DNA of 62,046 bases, the filler included, from Albugo candida (lineage: Eukaryota): the NCBI GenBank assembly GCA_040437565.1. It is 11 parts of 11 records of this genome, joined end to end, with 100 filler letters (N's around TTAATTAATTAA, not from the genome) between each part and the next. Parts side by side here need not be neighbours in the genome. Positions count along the whole stretch, not along the records: positions 23,421 to 28,928 come from JBDOQK010000155.1; positions 29,029 to 34,502 come from JBDOQK010000156.1; positions 34,603 to 40,056 come from JBDOQK010000157.1; 8 more parts are not named here. One strand, written 5' to 3'. Shown piece by piece: positions 25,561-39,321 of this stretch. The notes below the pieces were generated by a model. It saw nothing but the letters and a program-made list of their open reading frames with translations, did no database searches and was not told the DNA's origin. Position 1 is the stretch's first letter. Each line of letters opens with the position of its first letter. A program made the translations under genes and the position numbers.

Positions 25561-25739
25561 AAAACAGGGTGATTCAGGAGGGTTTTAACGTCACTACAAG
25601 TGGACGCTACCACCCTAGGTTGTGTCGATATGTCGACTTTACCCCCCGTTTTAGAGAGGAAAGTGGGAAAAGTTGTTTTTCGAGTTGTTTTGTAATAAAT
25701 TGGCGGGTTACGTAGTAGCCGACGAATCGAGAATTATGA

Positions 25740-28700
25740 GAGTAGAACAATGGATGCAGAGTCTCTTAGTAAGCTTAGATAAAAATGGTAAATTGAGAAC
25801 TGAATGTATTTTTGGCTTGTAATCCTAGTTACCTTCCGTGTCCGTAACCTTCAATTTCTTCTGCTTGAGTTTCCATAATTCACTACGCCTATTACAAAAA
25901 TCGCAACCTCCTACCTCAGTAGTCGCTCTCCTTCAGCGCTCCTTCCCGTGCGGGTATATTTAACCGGTGAGCATCACAAGTCCACGAAGTTCGCTGAGTC
26001 GGAGCGCTGGGAGGGTCTTCGGCAGAATGTCCGCACGCATTCTATTCGACTCGCAATACTGCACTTTCATCATCTTCTTTTTCTACAGATCTTTGACAAA
26101 CTTGTATCGCACAGTGATGTGCTCCTCTCCGGTCGGACGTGCCCTCGCCCTAAATCGGAGCGATGGCTACTTGGTCTTTCTCGTGTAAAATTGAAATTAG
26201 CTAAATTTGTACGCCAATTTTATTCAGCAGTTCCATAATGCCCATCACGTCAGCCACTGTCTGCGAATCCACCGCAAACTCGGCTTCCGTCGTTGATAAT
26301 GCAGCACACTTCTCCCTTTTGCGAAGCCATCAAAAGACCATGCCAGCACCATTGTCCCACCATCACTGACCGACTTCCGATCTATCTTTTCTGCGGTGTA
26401 GTAGGCGTCACTGCACGACTCGACCAGCACTCGTTTCCCATTGCAGTCTTTTCTCCTTGCATCATAAACTTAAGGCATTTCGTGCCTTTGAGATACTTGG
26501 CTATCTTCTTCGCCAATCACCCTCATTCGACGCTCGCGAACGCCGAGTTACTTGGTTCACCTTGAATGCTATGTCTGGCTGTTTGCATCGAGCTACCTAC
26601 AGTGGACTGCCCACCAGCGACTGAAACGTCTACACGCTCGGTCTCTTTGACGAGCCACTTTCATTAGACGGCAGAACGCACTCTCTTCGTCTCCACCTTC
26701 CCCACCGATAGACACCCTCACTGGCGCCGATTCGGCTAGCACAAAATTTCCAGCATCTCTTCGATAGTATTTTTTGGTCGGTGCCCATCCAGCCTCATCA
26801 TTGTAATTAGACACGATGCCAAGAAAATTGGTGTCCACGACGAGATTCTTCAACTCATCAATTTGCATGTCGCTGAAAACGTCACTGGCCTTCTTCAACC
26901 TGGTTCCCATTGGAAGGATGTCGTCCGCGTAGATACCCACGAGCGTTTTACTATCAGTCTTGGTGTACAGATATGTATCTGTATAGCACTGATTAAAAAC
27001 CAGAGAAATTTGAATCTCGTGAAGCATCAAGTTCCACAGCCGTCCCGACTGTTTGAGGATGTACAGGCCTTTCTTGATTTTCAACGCGAGCTGTCTCTCG
27101 TCTTGAACCCTAAGCTTTTCCAGCAACTTTTTTATTTCCATTCCGTGCGGTATATGGAGTAGAATCTCCAAGTCGTCTTCCTTTTTGGATTTAACATAAG
27201 CGCTCGGCACATCGCCGTGCTGCCCAGGTACCCCCAAAGTTCTTGACACCGCAAGTATTACTTTGCCGGACACCATGTCCAGCACAGACGAAAACGTATA
27301 GGTATAATCAACATGATACACATGTCGGTCTCCGCACCCCACTAGTCTTACCTTGTATCTTTCGATAGTACCGCTAGCGTGCATTTTAAGCATGTACAAA
27401 CATTTGCTGCGCAGTAACTTGGCATCGCGCAGCATTTTGGATCACTTAACAACTATGATTTGATCAACGCGTCTACCTATGTGCGCATTGCATCCTCCCA
27501 CTGCTTTTATTGAGGGTATCTCATCGCTTCGCGGTAGTTTTGGGATATTTGCTGTTAATAGAATTTACACGGCTCATTGGAACGTTCTTGGTCCCATGTC
27601 GCGAGTTTTGCATCCGTTGTTGTGACTGCTCTACCGCAGGCCGCATCTCATCCCCACTGTTGGGTTCTTCTGGCTCTTTTGGGTTAATTTTTAACCGCCA
27701 GATACTTAGCGTCGATTGCAGAATCCATCTTCGACTTTGCTGTTTTCTTTACTCATTCAGCCGACTTCCTTTTTATTTCGGCCGGATTCTTCTTGTCCTC
27801 AGGAGTATTGTGGTCCTATGTTCTTGCTTGTGTCAGTAGCACAGCCGCTGTCTCACTCCGCTTCGCGAATTCGTTGCGTTCCATCACAGAGCGACGAACA
27901 TGGGATCTTTTCGCTCAAGCTGCACCTGAAGCTGCGCGTTCTGCTCGCTATTGAGTTTCTCAACGTTGCGTATGTGCTGCGCTGTTGTGACGATTCTCTC
28001 CTTCGGCAGGTATACTTTAAATTCCTTACTCGCAGCGTTGTTGCCAATTATCATTCCAGCCTGGGATCTTGGCTTCCACGTATTCTTTCCGGGGTTTCTA
28101 AACGTCGCCCGGATTGCCAAAAGCTACCATATACGCCAGGCTAGGGATCGTACCCACCAACATCTCGGGCGATGACATACGCTTCGGGTTGGCGCTGCAC
28201 GAGCTCCGATTAAAGACATAAGTCGCGTACTCAACTGCGTCGCCTCAAAAATATAGAGTGTGGCCAATCGCAAACAGCATGCATCTTGACATGTTGATAC
28301 CGTACTGTGAATCCGTTCAGCTTTTCCATTTGAGGCCTGATTCGCAGCTTCGCTTACTTGACGTCTCACACCAGCCGACTCGCGATCCGAATCGACTTTG
28401 ACGTACTCCTTACAACCATAGGAGCGCAGAACATGGGCCCGACAAATGAATCTACTCTCGAAGTAAACTAGGTGGTGCTCAAAATTCCTGGTTGCCTCGA
28501 ACTTGTTCGTGTAAACGAATACGCGTGCGTAGTTCGTCGAGTAGTCGACGAAATTAATAAGGTAACGATCACCACGCCAGTCTTGCGGTGTCATCGGTTC
28601 CTCGATATCGCTTCATATAACCCCTCCAAGCTTTTCGGTGGGCGCTTTCTTGCCCGTGCCTTTTTGGACTGATTTTTCTTTCTCCGCTTGCCCTTTGCGC

Positions 28701-28928
28701 AAGTTAGGCAATTTGATTGAGCTCAGTTTATCAGCCGTATACCCGATTCCACCGAGTCAGCCAATTACTCGACAGTTTCCTAGGCAAGGTGACCGAAACT
28801 CTGGTGCCACTCTAGCAAGGTTGTATCCCTTACGGCTTCACTTTTTTTCATTACAACCTTGTACATCGGCTGAGTCGATCAATCGAATGCGTGCCTCCTT
28901 CGTTTACTGGCCCATGAAGTCGATTGGT
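25740..28928 (-). mobile_element. Decayed Ty1/Copia retrotransposon (integrase, RT, RNase H, PPT, probable 3' LTR ~25740-25938), 5'-truncated by the contig end
   Basis: Integrase RYLINFVDYSTNY..VLRS..KEY..QASNGKAER precedes RT (RYKVRLVGCG, KGLYILKQSGRLW, GIYADDIL) and the RNase H end (HITVRYKFVKD..ADILPK), which is Copia order. Purine tract GGGAAGGAG at ~25939-25947 (minus). Confidence 0.9.
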
Positions 28929-29028
28929 NNNNNNNNNNNNNNNNNNNNNNNNNNNNNNNNNNNNNNNNNNNNTTAATTAATTAANNNNNNNNNNNNNNNN
29001 NNNNNNNNNNNNNNNNNNNNNNNNNNNN
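28929..29028. other. Artificial contig linker
   Basis: 44N-TTAATTAATTAA-44N. Confidence 0.98.
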
Positions 29029-32000
29029 GGATCCTACTTTACGTTCGACCACACCACACCGTTCGTCTGCATGACTAAAAAGCGTCTGCTAAATGACAGA
29101 AATGGCAAGCTATACGAGACCTACTTGTAAGGATTCGACATCGGCGGTAAAATGCTTGGACTAGAGGCAATATTGTACTGTGGCGCTTCTTCGCTAATAG
29201 TGTGCCGGGAAACCGCTCATGTGTGATGAAATTGATCAGGTTTGAGTGCCTGTGATTATTCGATCCTGACGACAGAGTTCTGATTAAGGTATAGTGTGTC
29301 TGCTTGATGTTCATTCGACAAACGATGAAAGAAGCGTTGAGCCACCTTTGCCGTCGATACGTTTTGCTGGTGTAATGACCACATTAGATGCCTCCACCAT
29401 AATGGGTCCCGGTTTCAGCTTCGCATTAAATCGTGCGGATCAATTGGGTCAACTTGTGGCTGAATCGTAATCGCTAATATGGATGATATGTTCTTTGTCC
29501 CGTCAGGCGCCTTGCTCACTCGGAGGTAAAAATCGATAATCCGATTTTAGCCTTTATTTCGGTCGTATTCGCACTCTTCAAAAGAGAGACCTTGATGTTT
29601 ATTGACACCAACCGCAGAATCCATTATTTCATTGAGTTTGAAGGCCATTGAGACCTTCTTATCCATCTTCATGCCGCTGCTACTACTTGTACAGCGTCTG
29701 ACGCTTTGCTTTTTGCGTGTGGTTGGCTTGGCGATCCCACACTGATTCAGCCTCGATCTCAATCAGTCTTGTGTCCTGTCGATGTGTTATGTGACCATGC
29801 CATAAGCACATGGCCGCTGAAAGAATCGCTACGTCGTGTGTTTCGCTTTCGTGGGCTGAGAGGAGAGTCGATATGACTCGACCGTCGCGAGATCATATAC
29901 TGACAGTCCTTTTACGCTTACAAGAGTTGAAGAATTGGCCAAACGGAAACAACGCGGTGTTTCTTGGTTTCAGAGAATGATAGCAACTCTTGATAAGAAA
30001 AGATAAGCTTGCAATAAATGCGGATCTCGTTTTCTCAACCGCGGCCATCAGCGTCGCCGATTGTTTCGAATGGCTGTTAACATATCAGGTCCTGCACTCA
30101 CTCACAGACAAGTTGGGATATTTATAAATGCGACGTTACGTGATAGTGCTCTCATTCCAAATGTATCAGATATTGGATGTCAGGTTGTTCGCTTATTGCG
30201 GGTTTTAACTCGACCAAGAACAGGACTTTTAAAGAGAAAACATCGCAATCGAGCATCCAATGTGTAATGACGATGACTATGTATTATCCTCCCCTCAGCC
30301 CTGTCGATATCACTTGTTTTTCCCAACTTCTCCTTTTACAATTCTGCATCCTTGACTCCTTCTTCAGTTCATCCTTGTCGTCAAGTGGATCTCGGGTTCC
30401 TTCACACTGTCCACCGCATCATCTTCTGCAATCAGATACTTATCCTCGATTCCCCATGTATTTATACAAGGTTATAACTTTAAGATACCAGTATCCATTC
30501 ATCATCATCTTTCTTTCAATCTTCAATGGAAGGAGTCCAAGCGTCACCATTTCTGACAAACGATTGAGCAGACATATGTACTAGTTACAAGTGTTGATTT
30601 TATATTTCCAACGTGAATGGATCGTCCATTCATCTTCGAAAGCTTTTGATGAACGTGACGAATGACGGGCAGGCTCCTTGATAGCGACCCATTTCTAATT
30701 TCGACTTGAGTAGGTGTTTCAATGATCCAAAGGTCGTAGAATTTGGTACTCGGAATTAAACTATATTCGCCAACAAGTTGAATTGTAATCCATTGCCTCG
30801 TATGATCAAATTTGGTTCTCCTATATACGAAAGTCCTCTATCGTAGGCCGAGCCTTATAATCCTCTTGAAATTGGTGAACGAAATCGTTGAGTGGGGCCA
30901 TGAGCCTTGCGACCGTATGCAAAGAAAGCTTGAAGTCTGAGACTTCTTTCTGGGAGAGAGTATAAATTTTTCTCTCAACCAGCAAGTTTAAGGAATCCTA
31001 ATTCATTTTCTACCCAACACGTATACGTTGGTACCTTGGATCCACGACTAAAAATCAAACACCACCGTCGGCAAATAGCAAGTGGACCACATCAGTTAGC
31101 AAGTAGACCACATCGGCTAAGCATGTTTTTGTTATCAAGTGTCATCTTAGACAACTCGTATTTACAAGTGGAACTCTTTCCCAAAGGAATTGCTTTTTTT
31201 TTCATAATGATGCAATAACTTATAGTCGCATACATACTAATTATAATCAGACATACATTTCTAGATCTCGTTGACCTAGGACCTTAAATTATTTAACCTA
31301 AACAGGGTTCTTCTGCAACAATGTTTGCACATAATGCTGATGACAATTCGGTAGAAGGTAGCTTATTTTGACAATTTGATAAACCGGCAATTTCAGTTTT
31401 TGCAAATTCCGGCTTTATTGCAACGTTACCATGGAAGCGCACCTGCAACACTCTACTTGATACAAAAGTCAGGTGGCTGCGCTCCATATCCACAAGTTTA
31501 TAGATGACATCATCAGATATGCTTACAATTCGTACTTGAGCATGGAGCTCAATAAAATGCGTACGTAACCACACGGGGTAGCGCTGTCCAAAAGCAGGAA
31601 ACATAATTGTAAATAAATAAGCGCTGATTTTGCTCAAAAGGAGGGCCTCAGTGCAGATAGTCCGTACTTGTAGGAATTGCAATCAACAGCGACAAAACGA
31701 CATCACATAGTGGAAAAGTGATCACTGCGACAGTTTGACTTTGATTTTAGCTTTAACTGTGCACGGTCTCACCATCCCGAAAAGCATATCCACAGACCAG
31801 TGCGCTACAATCGTGCAACATGAAAGGAAGCGATTCGAATGTGCCTTCTCCATTGAAGATATATCCATGGCGCAAATAAACTTATGATTGCATGAGAAAT
31901 GATGCAAGCTTTTGATGTCTAGGACTTGGATCAGAATATCACCAAGCTTCAGCTCTCGTCATTCCTAGTTTTCTATTATACCGCGTCGATGAAAGATACT

Positions 32001-32699
32001 GCGTATGATGATTTGATCTGATTGTAATGATTCCAACATCACTCCAAATCAACAGGAGAAAATAACATGTGACTACATCAGCTGAATTTATGAAGCAGAA
32101 AGTATTGCGATCAGTACGATCATCTTCACGGTATCAAGCGAGGAATTATTGATAACGTTTAGTAGACGAAAATCCGATAGCTCGAAGCAGCACGCATCAG
32201 TGAAGGATGTGACAATGGAAAGAGGCGTTTATGTCGAAGAAGGTTCTCTGAGCAATGGCTTGATGATGTTTTGCGATACATGCAACATGACACTGTGCCA
32301 ATAACAGCAGTGATCGTAAATTACATCAATAGACAGTATTTCATCTATCAGCCTGCGTCGATATACTTTGTCATCCAATTCTATCGTGCTTTCTCGAGAA
32401 TCCGTGGCCTCATACAGTTGGATCTGACGTTGCATGATCAGCAACCCCAATCAAATGCTTACAATAATTTGGATGAGACAAATAGCTTCGATGAAGAAAG
32501 GCAGCGGACAAACTAGCCCGACATTGTTCTGATTTTTGTGCGAACTGGCGGATCATATGTACCTGCGCGTACATCCTCGGTACGTAGCCTCATCAAGTAC
32601 TTCGATCTTCCCTCAAAGCGCTTCAACGCAACAAGAAATCTTTTATACACAATTAGCGTTTAGTGGATGGTGCTGAATAAGACTTCGGTGTAGCTCTTG

Positions 32700-34150
32700 A
32701 AATTTTCTTGCAGTCATTTCCACAAATATGAAAACGATCATTGGAGATTTTTTATGAGGGCATTCTGCGATTACTTCCGCAAGTTACAAGCTATATCTTC
32801 TTAGAAGTTCTCGTGGAGCCTCTAGACTCTTTATTACGTACTATATTGGAAGCGTAATAGCCCGAAGAGTTCCAATTGCTTCTTGGAGTATATGACCACG
32901 TTGAGCCCAGTTACTTGACCGAAAACGAATTTGTGGCAAAAAAAATCTCGACAAGAAAAAGCCGCTGCTTACAGCTCCTAATGTACTTTTTTTGAAGGCA
33001 TTCAAAGCGTCATTCTCATGCTATCCGCGAATACCTTCGTTATGGTACGGACTTTTAGCAGCATTGGTGTTTCAGGAGAAGATGATACTCACCAATCTTC
33101 TCCTTATTTGAGGAAATTTGAACCATAAAGATCGATAATCTGTTGTCGGAGGATTATCATATAATACATGGGCGCAAAGGCATGACATTCAAGCGATTAG
33201 AACTGATTCATACTAAAATAGCAGCCAGCGTCATGCGAACAATCACTCTCAGCCATGATTTCCTCACGTGTTTGTGTAATAATGCACTATGCACATCTAG
33301 TTGCAAGCAAAGCAATGTTCCGAGTATTTTAGAGTAGCTTGCGTCTGGACCAGCTGATATTGTATTCGTCCAAACTCGCAACGACCTTGTCAACAAAAGC
33401 ATTCAAATCAACAAAGGAGAAGCATTGAGATCCTATGATTTTACTTGGGATCGAACAAGAGCGCGAGGCCGCTCAAGATTCATAGAAATGAGTACATCAC
33501 ATCCGAGTATGGACACTGGCTCACTTGATTCAAACTGTTTAGTCAAGAAATCCTCAGGCAAATCAAAGACAATACAAAATCAAAAAGTTGGCAGGAATTT
33601 CATGAATTTCTCATCAATTTAGCACGGTGAAAAAGACAAAGCCGCTCTGAGAAACTTATCTCTGCACATCCTTGCAATGGACTACAGAACGGATGCGATG
33701 CTGGTTGGAGGAGCAAACACGATGGCAAAATTTATCCAATATCAGATCCTTTCCGGGAAACACCGATGAAACGTGTCTTGATGCTATCAAGCTCGAATAT
33801 TACATGCGAACTCCGAGCAACCACACTCCAATTCTCCTTCAATCTTATTCATAGATACTATTCAGCCTCTTAGGAAGCGGAAGGAATCTAAAAAGTGTAA
33901 GCTGCAATGTGCTGATGGAGAAGTAATTCGAAGAGTGCTTGCCTGCAAATACCGAATTTCGCTCCGCTAATTCGAAAACTTCATCTCAGATCGAAGACTC
34001 GGCAAAGTCTTTGGTCTACAACAGACATTTCAGCTTCTTTTCATGTTTGTGAGCATCCACTTGCTGTTTGCCTCAATATATGAAGCAGCAGTGGTCGTGC
34101 TTCAAGATCTCTGGCGTTCCTTTGGAGATAATTCTTATGAGATAATTGCT
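32700..34150 (+). pseudogene. Heavily decayed DNA polymerase phi / Pol5 / MYBBP1A-like pseudogene
   Basis: Fragments EIFYEGILRLLPQV, SCYPRIPSLW, IDNLL..HGRKGMTFKRLELI, LSHDFLTCLCNNA and TLQFSFNLIH occur in the order expected for Pol5 motifs (PRxHxxW, SHERK, SPNFMRCLINN); many stops. Confidence 0.42.
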
Positions 34151-34502
34151 ACAAGATCGACGTGGATGCTGTAAACCCCGGTAGTTTCAATTGATATTTC
34201 GATCAGTATGCAGGCCCAAGATTCTAGTGCTGTACGAAAAGCGGTCATGCATTCCAGTCTGTTTTGACAATGGTGAAGTTGTTGGAAAATCGACTGACGT
34301 TGAAGTTTTTGCAGGTGGGATCCTGGAGGAGAATTACTTTGTTAGTTCGATGCGGGCCGTATTTTCTACCTATGGAGGAGCATAATCATGTAAATACTTA
34401 GGTTTAGAAAAATTCGCGTACACTAATACACTCCTATTTTTACCAATGAAAACTACCGGCGGTCCGACTGTGTCGCGCTTGTCTGTTCAAAAGAAGTAAC
34501 CA

Positions 34503-34602
34503 NNNNNNNNNNNNNNNNNNNNNNNNNNNNNNNNNNNNNNNNNNNNTTAATTAATTAANNNNNNNNNNNNNNNNNNNNNNNNNNNNNNNNNNNNNNNNNN
34601 NN
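34503..34602. other. Artificial contig linker
   Basis: 44N-TTAATTAATTAA-44N. Confidence 0.98.
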
Positions 34603-34659
34603 CGTAATACTTAGTAATATGAATTTGTAGGAATAAATACATCATTATCTTACATTATT

Positions 34660-35225
34660 TCTATAGATATGTATTTTACTGTTGATATAGCTTCTTTAAT
34701 AGTAATCATTATATATATCCATTCTTTTGAAAGCATTAGAAGTTTTGTCGAGAAGTAATTTCAAGGTTGCATATTTTACAGTATTTCCTTTTATATTATC
34801 TTTTCCTTTTCATACCATCATTTCTATTTAAAAGTAAAAATGTTAAATCATCATTTCGGTATATATTATCATTCTGTTTGTATACGTATATCAGATGTAT
34901 ATTATACTGTTGATATAGCTTCTTCAATAGTGGTCATAGTACATATCCAAGCATTAAGAGTTTTTGCTGTCAAAAGCGTAAATTTCCTTTTATATATGCT
35001 ATTCCTCCTTTCTGCCTTTTTTTTTTTTTTTTTTTTTGTAAAAACGAAGTATATATTTTCATTCTATTTAAATATATATTAGATATGTATCATACTGTTG
35101 ATATAGCTTTTTCAATAGTATTTACTGTATATATTCATCCTTTTTTGAAAGCATTAGAGGTTTTTCTGTCAACAATAAATAAATTCGAAGGCCGCATTTC
35201 CTTTTATATTACTTCTTCCATTTCA
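34660..35225. repeat. Three degenerate ~190-230 bp tandem copies upstream of the transposase
   Basis: ACTGTTGATATAGCTT at 34678, 34906 and 35094, each followed by AAGCATTA and TTTCCTTTTATAT blocks. Confidence 0.75.
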
Positions 35226-35496
35226 TGTGTCAATTGTCATTTTTGCATAAACAAGTAAAAATGCTGAGCACCATCGCATGATACATGATTATTCTCTATA
35301 ATACAATTTAAATGCCTCACTCATAAGTGTCATACTGCGCCCCCTATGCATATGATCTAAATAGATAATAATTATTAATCGGTCTCTTCGATTTAATATA
35401 AAAGTATATAAGTAAAATAGTTACCTTTTTTGTATAAAAGACACTCTCTAACTCTTTTTTTTTTGCTAAAAGCTATTCAATTTCTCTTGCTCCATT

Positions 35497-38400
35497 ATGT
35501 CCACACAATCAAAAATTGCAAAGTCCACAAAACGACGAAGAGCTGGTACTAATTCTGGTAATATTGCTTTAAGAAAAAATTTTGTCCAGCTTGCATTACA
35601 AGATACTTCTCCTGATTGCACTCCTGTTATTGATTTCGATGATGATATCTTGATGGGCGAATCTTCATCTCTTAATGGTGTTACTGGCAAAAGTAGTGAT
35701 CATGTTTGGCTTCAAGATGAAAATTTTGAAAACAATTTGAGAACAGATTTTTCTATTTCTTATGATTTTGATGCTGAAGACGACAACGTTGAAGCCTTTG
35801 TTGCTAGTGAAGAAGTTGAAAGCGATTCTTTTGCAAATGTTGAAGGTATTTATTATCCTTATTTCTATAAAAAGATAGCAAAAGATTAGTTTACATATTA
35901 ATAATGTTAAATTCTTATATAATGATTTTAGTACCTCTTCCTGCAAACCCCACTTCAGAGAATTTCACTATTCGTAATGTTATTGTCCCTGAAAATGCAT
36001 TTAATACTGTTCAAACATATAGCATCAGACTCCTCAAAATTTGTGAGGAAATGGGTATTTCTTCTAATGCACATAAGGCGATTGTCAAGTTTTTTAATGA
36101 GGCTCATTCAGACGAAATGTTTTGTAAGTAATCTGTCATGAGATTCTATATAAATATATATTTGTATTTACCTTTTCTATTAATTTTTAGTGCGTACCCA
36201 AAAGCTTATGAATAGAGAGGCTTGTGACAATCTTATCAAAAATCGTATCCCGTTACAACTAATTAATAGGCACAAGGCGTGTAGTAAAGGCTGCTACTCT
36301 TATAGTTTAAAATCAGACGAACTATTAACTGCGTGTCCCTATTGTAAAAGTCCTAAATCAGAGGCTACACCATGGAGAGTCTTAAGGATGGCAGACAAGT
36401 TCGCCCAGCTTTTAGCTTGTAAAGATATTCGTGAAAGGCTAGAATATCGACACAACAACTATCCTAATGATGAAGTTTTGAAAAATCGCAACAAAGTCGA
36501 TAAGGTGTATAATGACATTTTTGATGGTGATGTTTATGCTAATGTTGTTCAGCAAGGTTTAATGGAAAACAAACATGATATCTGTATTAAAATTGATATT
36601 GATGGGTTCAAGTCTAAATTTAGCAGTTTAAAGATGGTTATCGTTCACTGCGTGGTGCTTAATTACGATATATCTGAGGCAAGTGTCTACAAGTTAATAA
36701 ATAAATATTCAAAGAACAACATGTTAATATTTACCTTTTTTCTTATAGCGCTTTAACAAATCATGTACATTTCCAATTGCTGTTATTTACGGTACTCGTA
36801 AACCAGATTTAAATTCCTATTTGCGTCCAATAATAAAAGAACTGGCCAAGCTAACTCGTAAACCACTTCTTGTTCAACGTAACGGCGAATATATTACCAC
36901 TTCAAGAATTGTTCCTCTTACTGTTTGTGGTGATGGTGTACAAATTAATCAGTTAATGAATTTTGGTGGACATGGCAGTTTTTACGGTTGTAGATTATGT
37001 TTGACGCTTGGTAGCCACAGAGTTGATGCTGTAGATTCTGATGGAAATGCTATTAATTGTACCACTGGAATGTATTTTCAAAACCGAACGGCTGATTTGA
37101 GAACTTACGAAAGTTTGATACACACAGAAAATGACCCTGAATATGTAAGTATACATATAAGTAACAAAAATCCAAAAATTTATGCAAAATAAATAAGACT
37201 TACACTTGTACTTTCATTATTAGATTAGAAATGCCTATTATGGTATCAAGCTTCCTTCAGTATTTTCCCCACTCGTTGCTTTTAAGTCAGTTTCTTTCCA
37301 CAGTTTAGACGAAATGCATCTTGTTACAAATGTCGCGAAAACTATTTTTGAACTGATATCCACAAGATACAACAAGTCGTATAAGTATGCAGGAAATGAG
37401 AAAGAGTATCCTTTTGAAATTTCTACTAATGGATTTGCCGCCATCGAACAAAGTATTGAGTACAGTCGACAATTTATTCCTAGCGCTGCCTTCAAAGGTT
37501 CCTTCTTAGGTGCAAACTCAGGTAACCAGAAGTCTCTCTTCAGAAGTAGTGATTGGATTGATTATTTGCAATACGTTATTCCTACAATGGTATGTCCACT
37601 ATTTAAAAATCAACAAGTCAAAAATGGACTATCCAGCTTAGTACGCGGTATTTCTCTTTCATTGAAATTTTCAATTTCTTCAAAAGACCTGATCGAAATA
37701 CAAAGGTAGTTTAGTAAATATATATATATATACGTAAATCTGCTCTGACACTTACAATTTAAATTTTAGTAATTTTGAAGCATGGTTTATTACTATTGAT
37801 CGATTAATTGCTGATAAAAAAATATCAAATGCTATTTACAAGATAAACTTCCACCAATTATCGCACATTGTTTACATAATCAAAGAAAATTCAACTTTAC
37901 GTGTCACTTCAGTCAGAAGTATGGAACGATCAATCGGTATAACGAAGAAGTCAATGCGAGCTAGAGTGAATGCAGGTGAAAATTCAAATAATATTTTTGA
38001 AAGAAATACTTTGTTGAGCTTTATTGAAGACACAAAAATGCTGAATTTCGAAGGAGTAGAGAAAACTGTTGGTGATAAGTCGCATACGTTTATGTACCAT
38101 CCTAGTCGTGACGAATCCAATCGTGATACAATTTGTCAATTATGGCAGCCATTTTACACTTGTTTTAACTTATTTGGTGATGACAATAATACTCTGGTCG
38201 GTGAAAATTCTTTGTCTTTATATTCTTTTATCAAAGCTTTGAAAGGATACAAAAAAAGACACTTTGGTATTACAAGTCCAGTTAACAGCATTGAACTTGA
38301 TTACACTCAAGTTATCAAACCAGCAGGCAAAATGTGGCAAGACTCCAAAGTGTTTTCTAGCTCCATTTTTACAAACCGTCTTTCAAAGTCTATGAATAAA

Positions 38401-38894
38401 AGAGGTGGTGAATACGTCATGTTCAACTCATTTCACAGGTAAGATTTAGATTTTTTTTTTTTGACTTTACCTAGTAATGCTAATGACTTATTCTCTTGTT
38501 CAGAAATGCCAACAATGTGGTCAAGAAGGCTTGGTTTGCTGGGAAGGTGTTATTTTTCTTTGAGTTCAATTTTAACCATGTCAAAAAGAACGGCCAAACT
38601 TCACCTGGTAGCTTCTACGCCGTAATGGAAGTCATGAAGAAACATGGAGCTGCCAAACATAATCCAAGTATTCCAGTCGTAACTCCTTTTGGTGCAGATG
38701 AGACAAAAAAATATGTAGTTTGTGATTGTGAACATATAATAACCACTATCGGCTTGCTTCAAATTGTTGAAAGTGATGTCAATCAACGGACTCCCCATTA
38801 CACTCATTCCTCCTCCTTTTATGTAATCTCCCCATCTACAGCTTTTGATGCTAATATGAAAGTGACAGCTGGTTCGTTAGCTCATCTTTGTTAA
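35497..38894 (+). CDS. CACTA/EnSpm-like transposase, 7 exons, ~988 aa, apparently intact, with one GC-AG intron
   Basis: Exons 35497-35845, 35932-36123, 36191-36678, 36749-37144, 37224-37705, 37770-38438 and 38504-38894 join in frame. Motifs: HKACSKGC..CPYC, YNDIFDG, IDIDGF, NSYLRPIIKEL, CGDG..GHGSFYGCRLC, LDEMHL, RSSDW, INFHQLSHI, RSMERSIG. Confidence 0.86.
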
Positions 38895-39321
38895 TAAATA
38901 AATAATAATAAAAAGAAAGAAGTAATTTTTTTTCTGAAATAAAAAAAAAGAATCTCATTTAGGAGGAAAAATAGATATTACTCCGACACAAGATCAGCAC
39001 ATATTTATTATCTCGCACCAGTCTTTTCCCTTAGTGTCTTTTTTTTTCAACAAGTCAAAAATATACAACAGATGCGATTAACTGGACAATGTAAATACAT
39101 TAAAGTGTGCATGGACTACAATTCAGATGGCAATGACAACGCATGTGCTGTAATTCCAATTGATGGGTGTTTTTTCTTTTTTTTTTCGAATGCATCAGTA
39201 AAAGACAACAGTCGAAACATTGTATAGAATAAAACTATTAAATATATCACAAGTAATAAATAAAAGGTAGTTTAAAGACTTTTTGAAAAAGGTTGAAATA
39301 GGAAAATAACTTGTTTTTTAT

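Noticed and set aside
30280..31030. Possible decayed Gypsy integrase (IGEPNLIIRGNGLQF) and purine tract on the minus strand
   Set aside because: Only one weak motif; other integrase residues cannot be recovered by eye.
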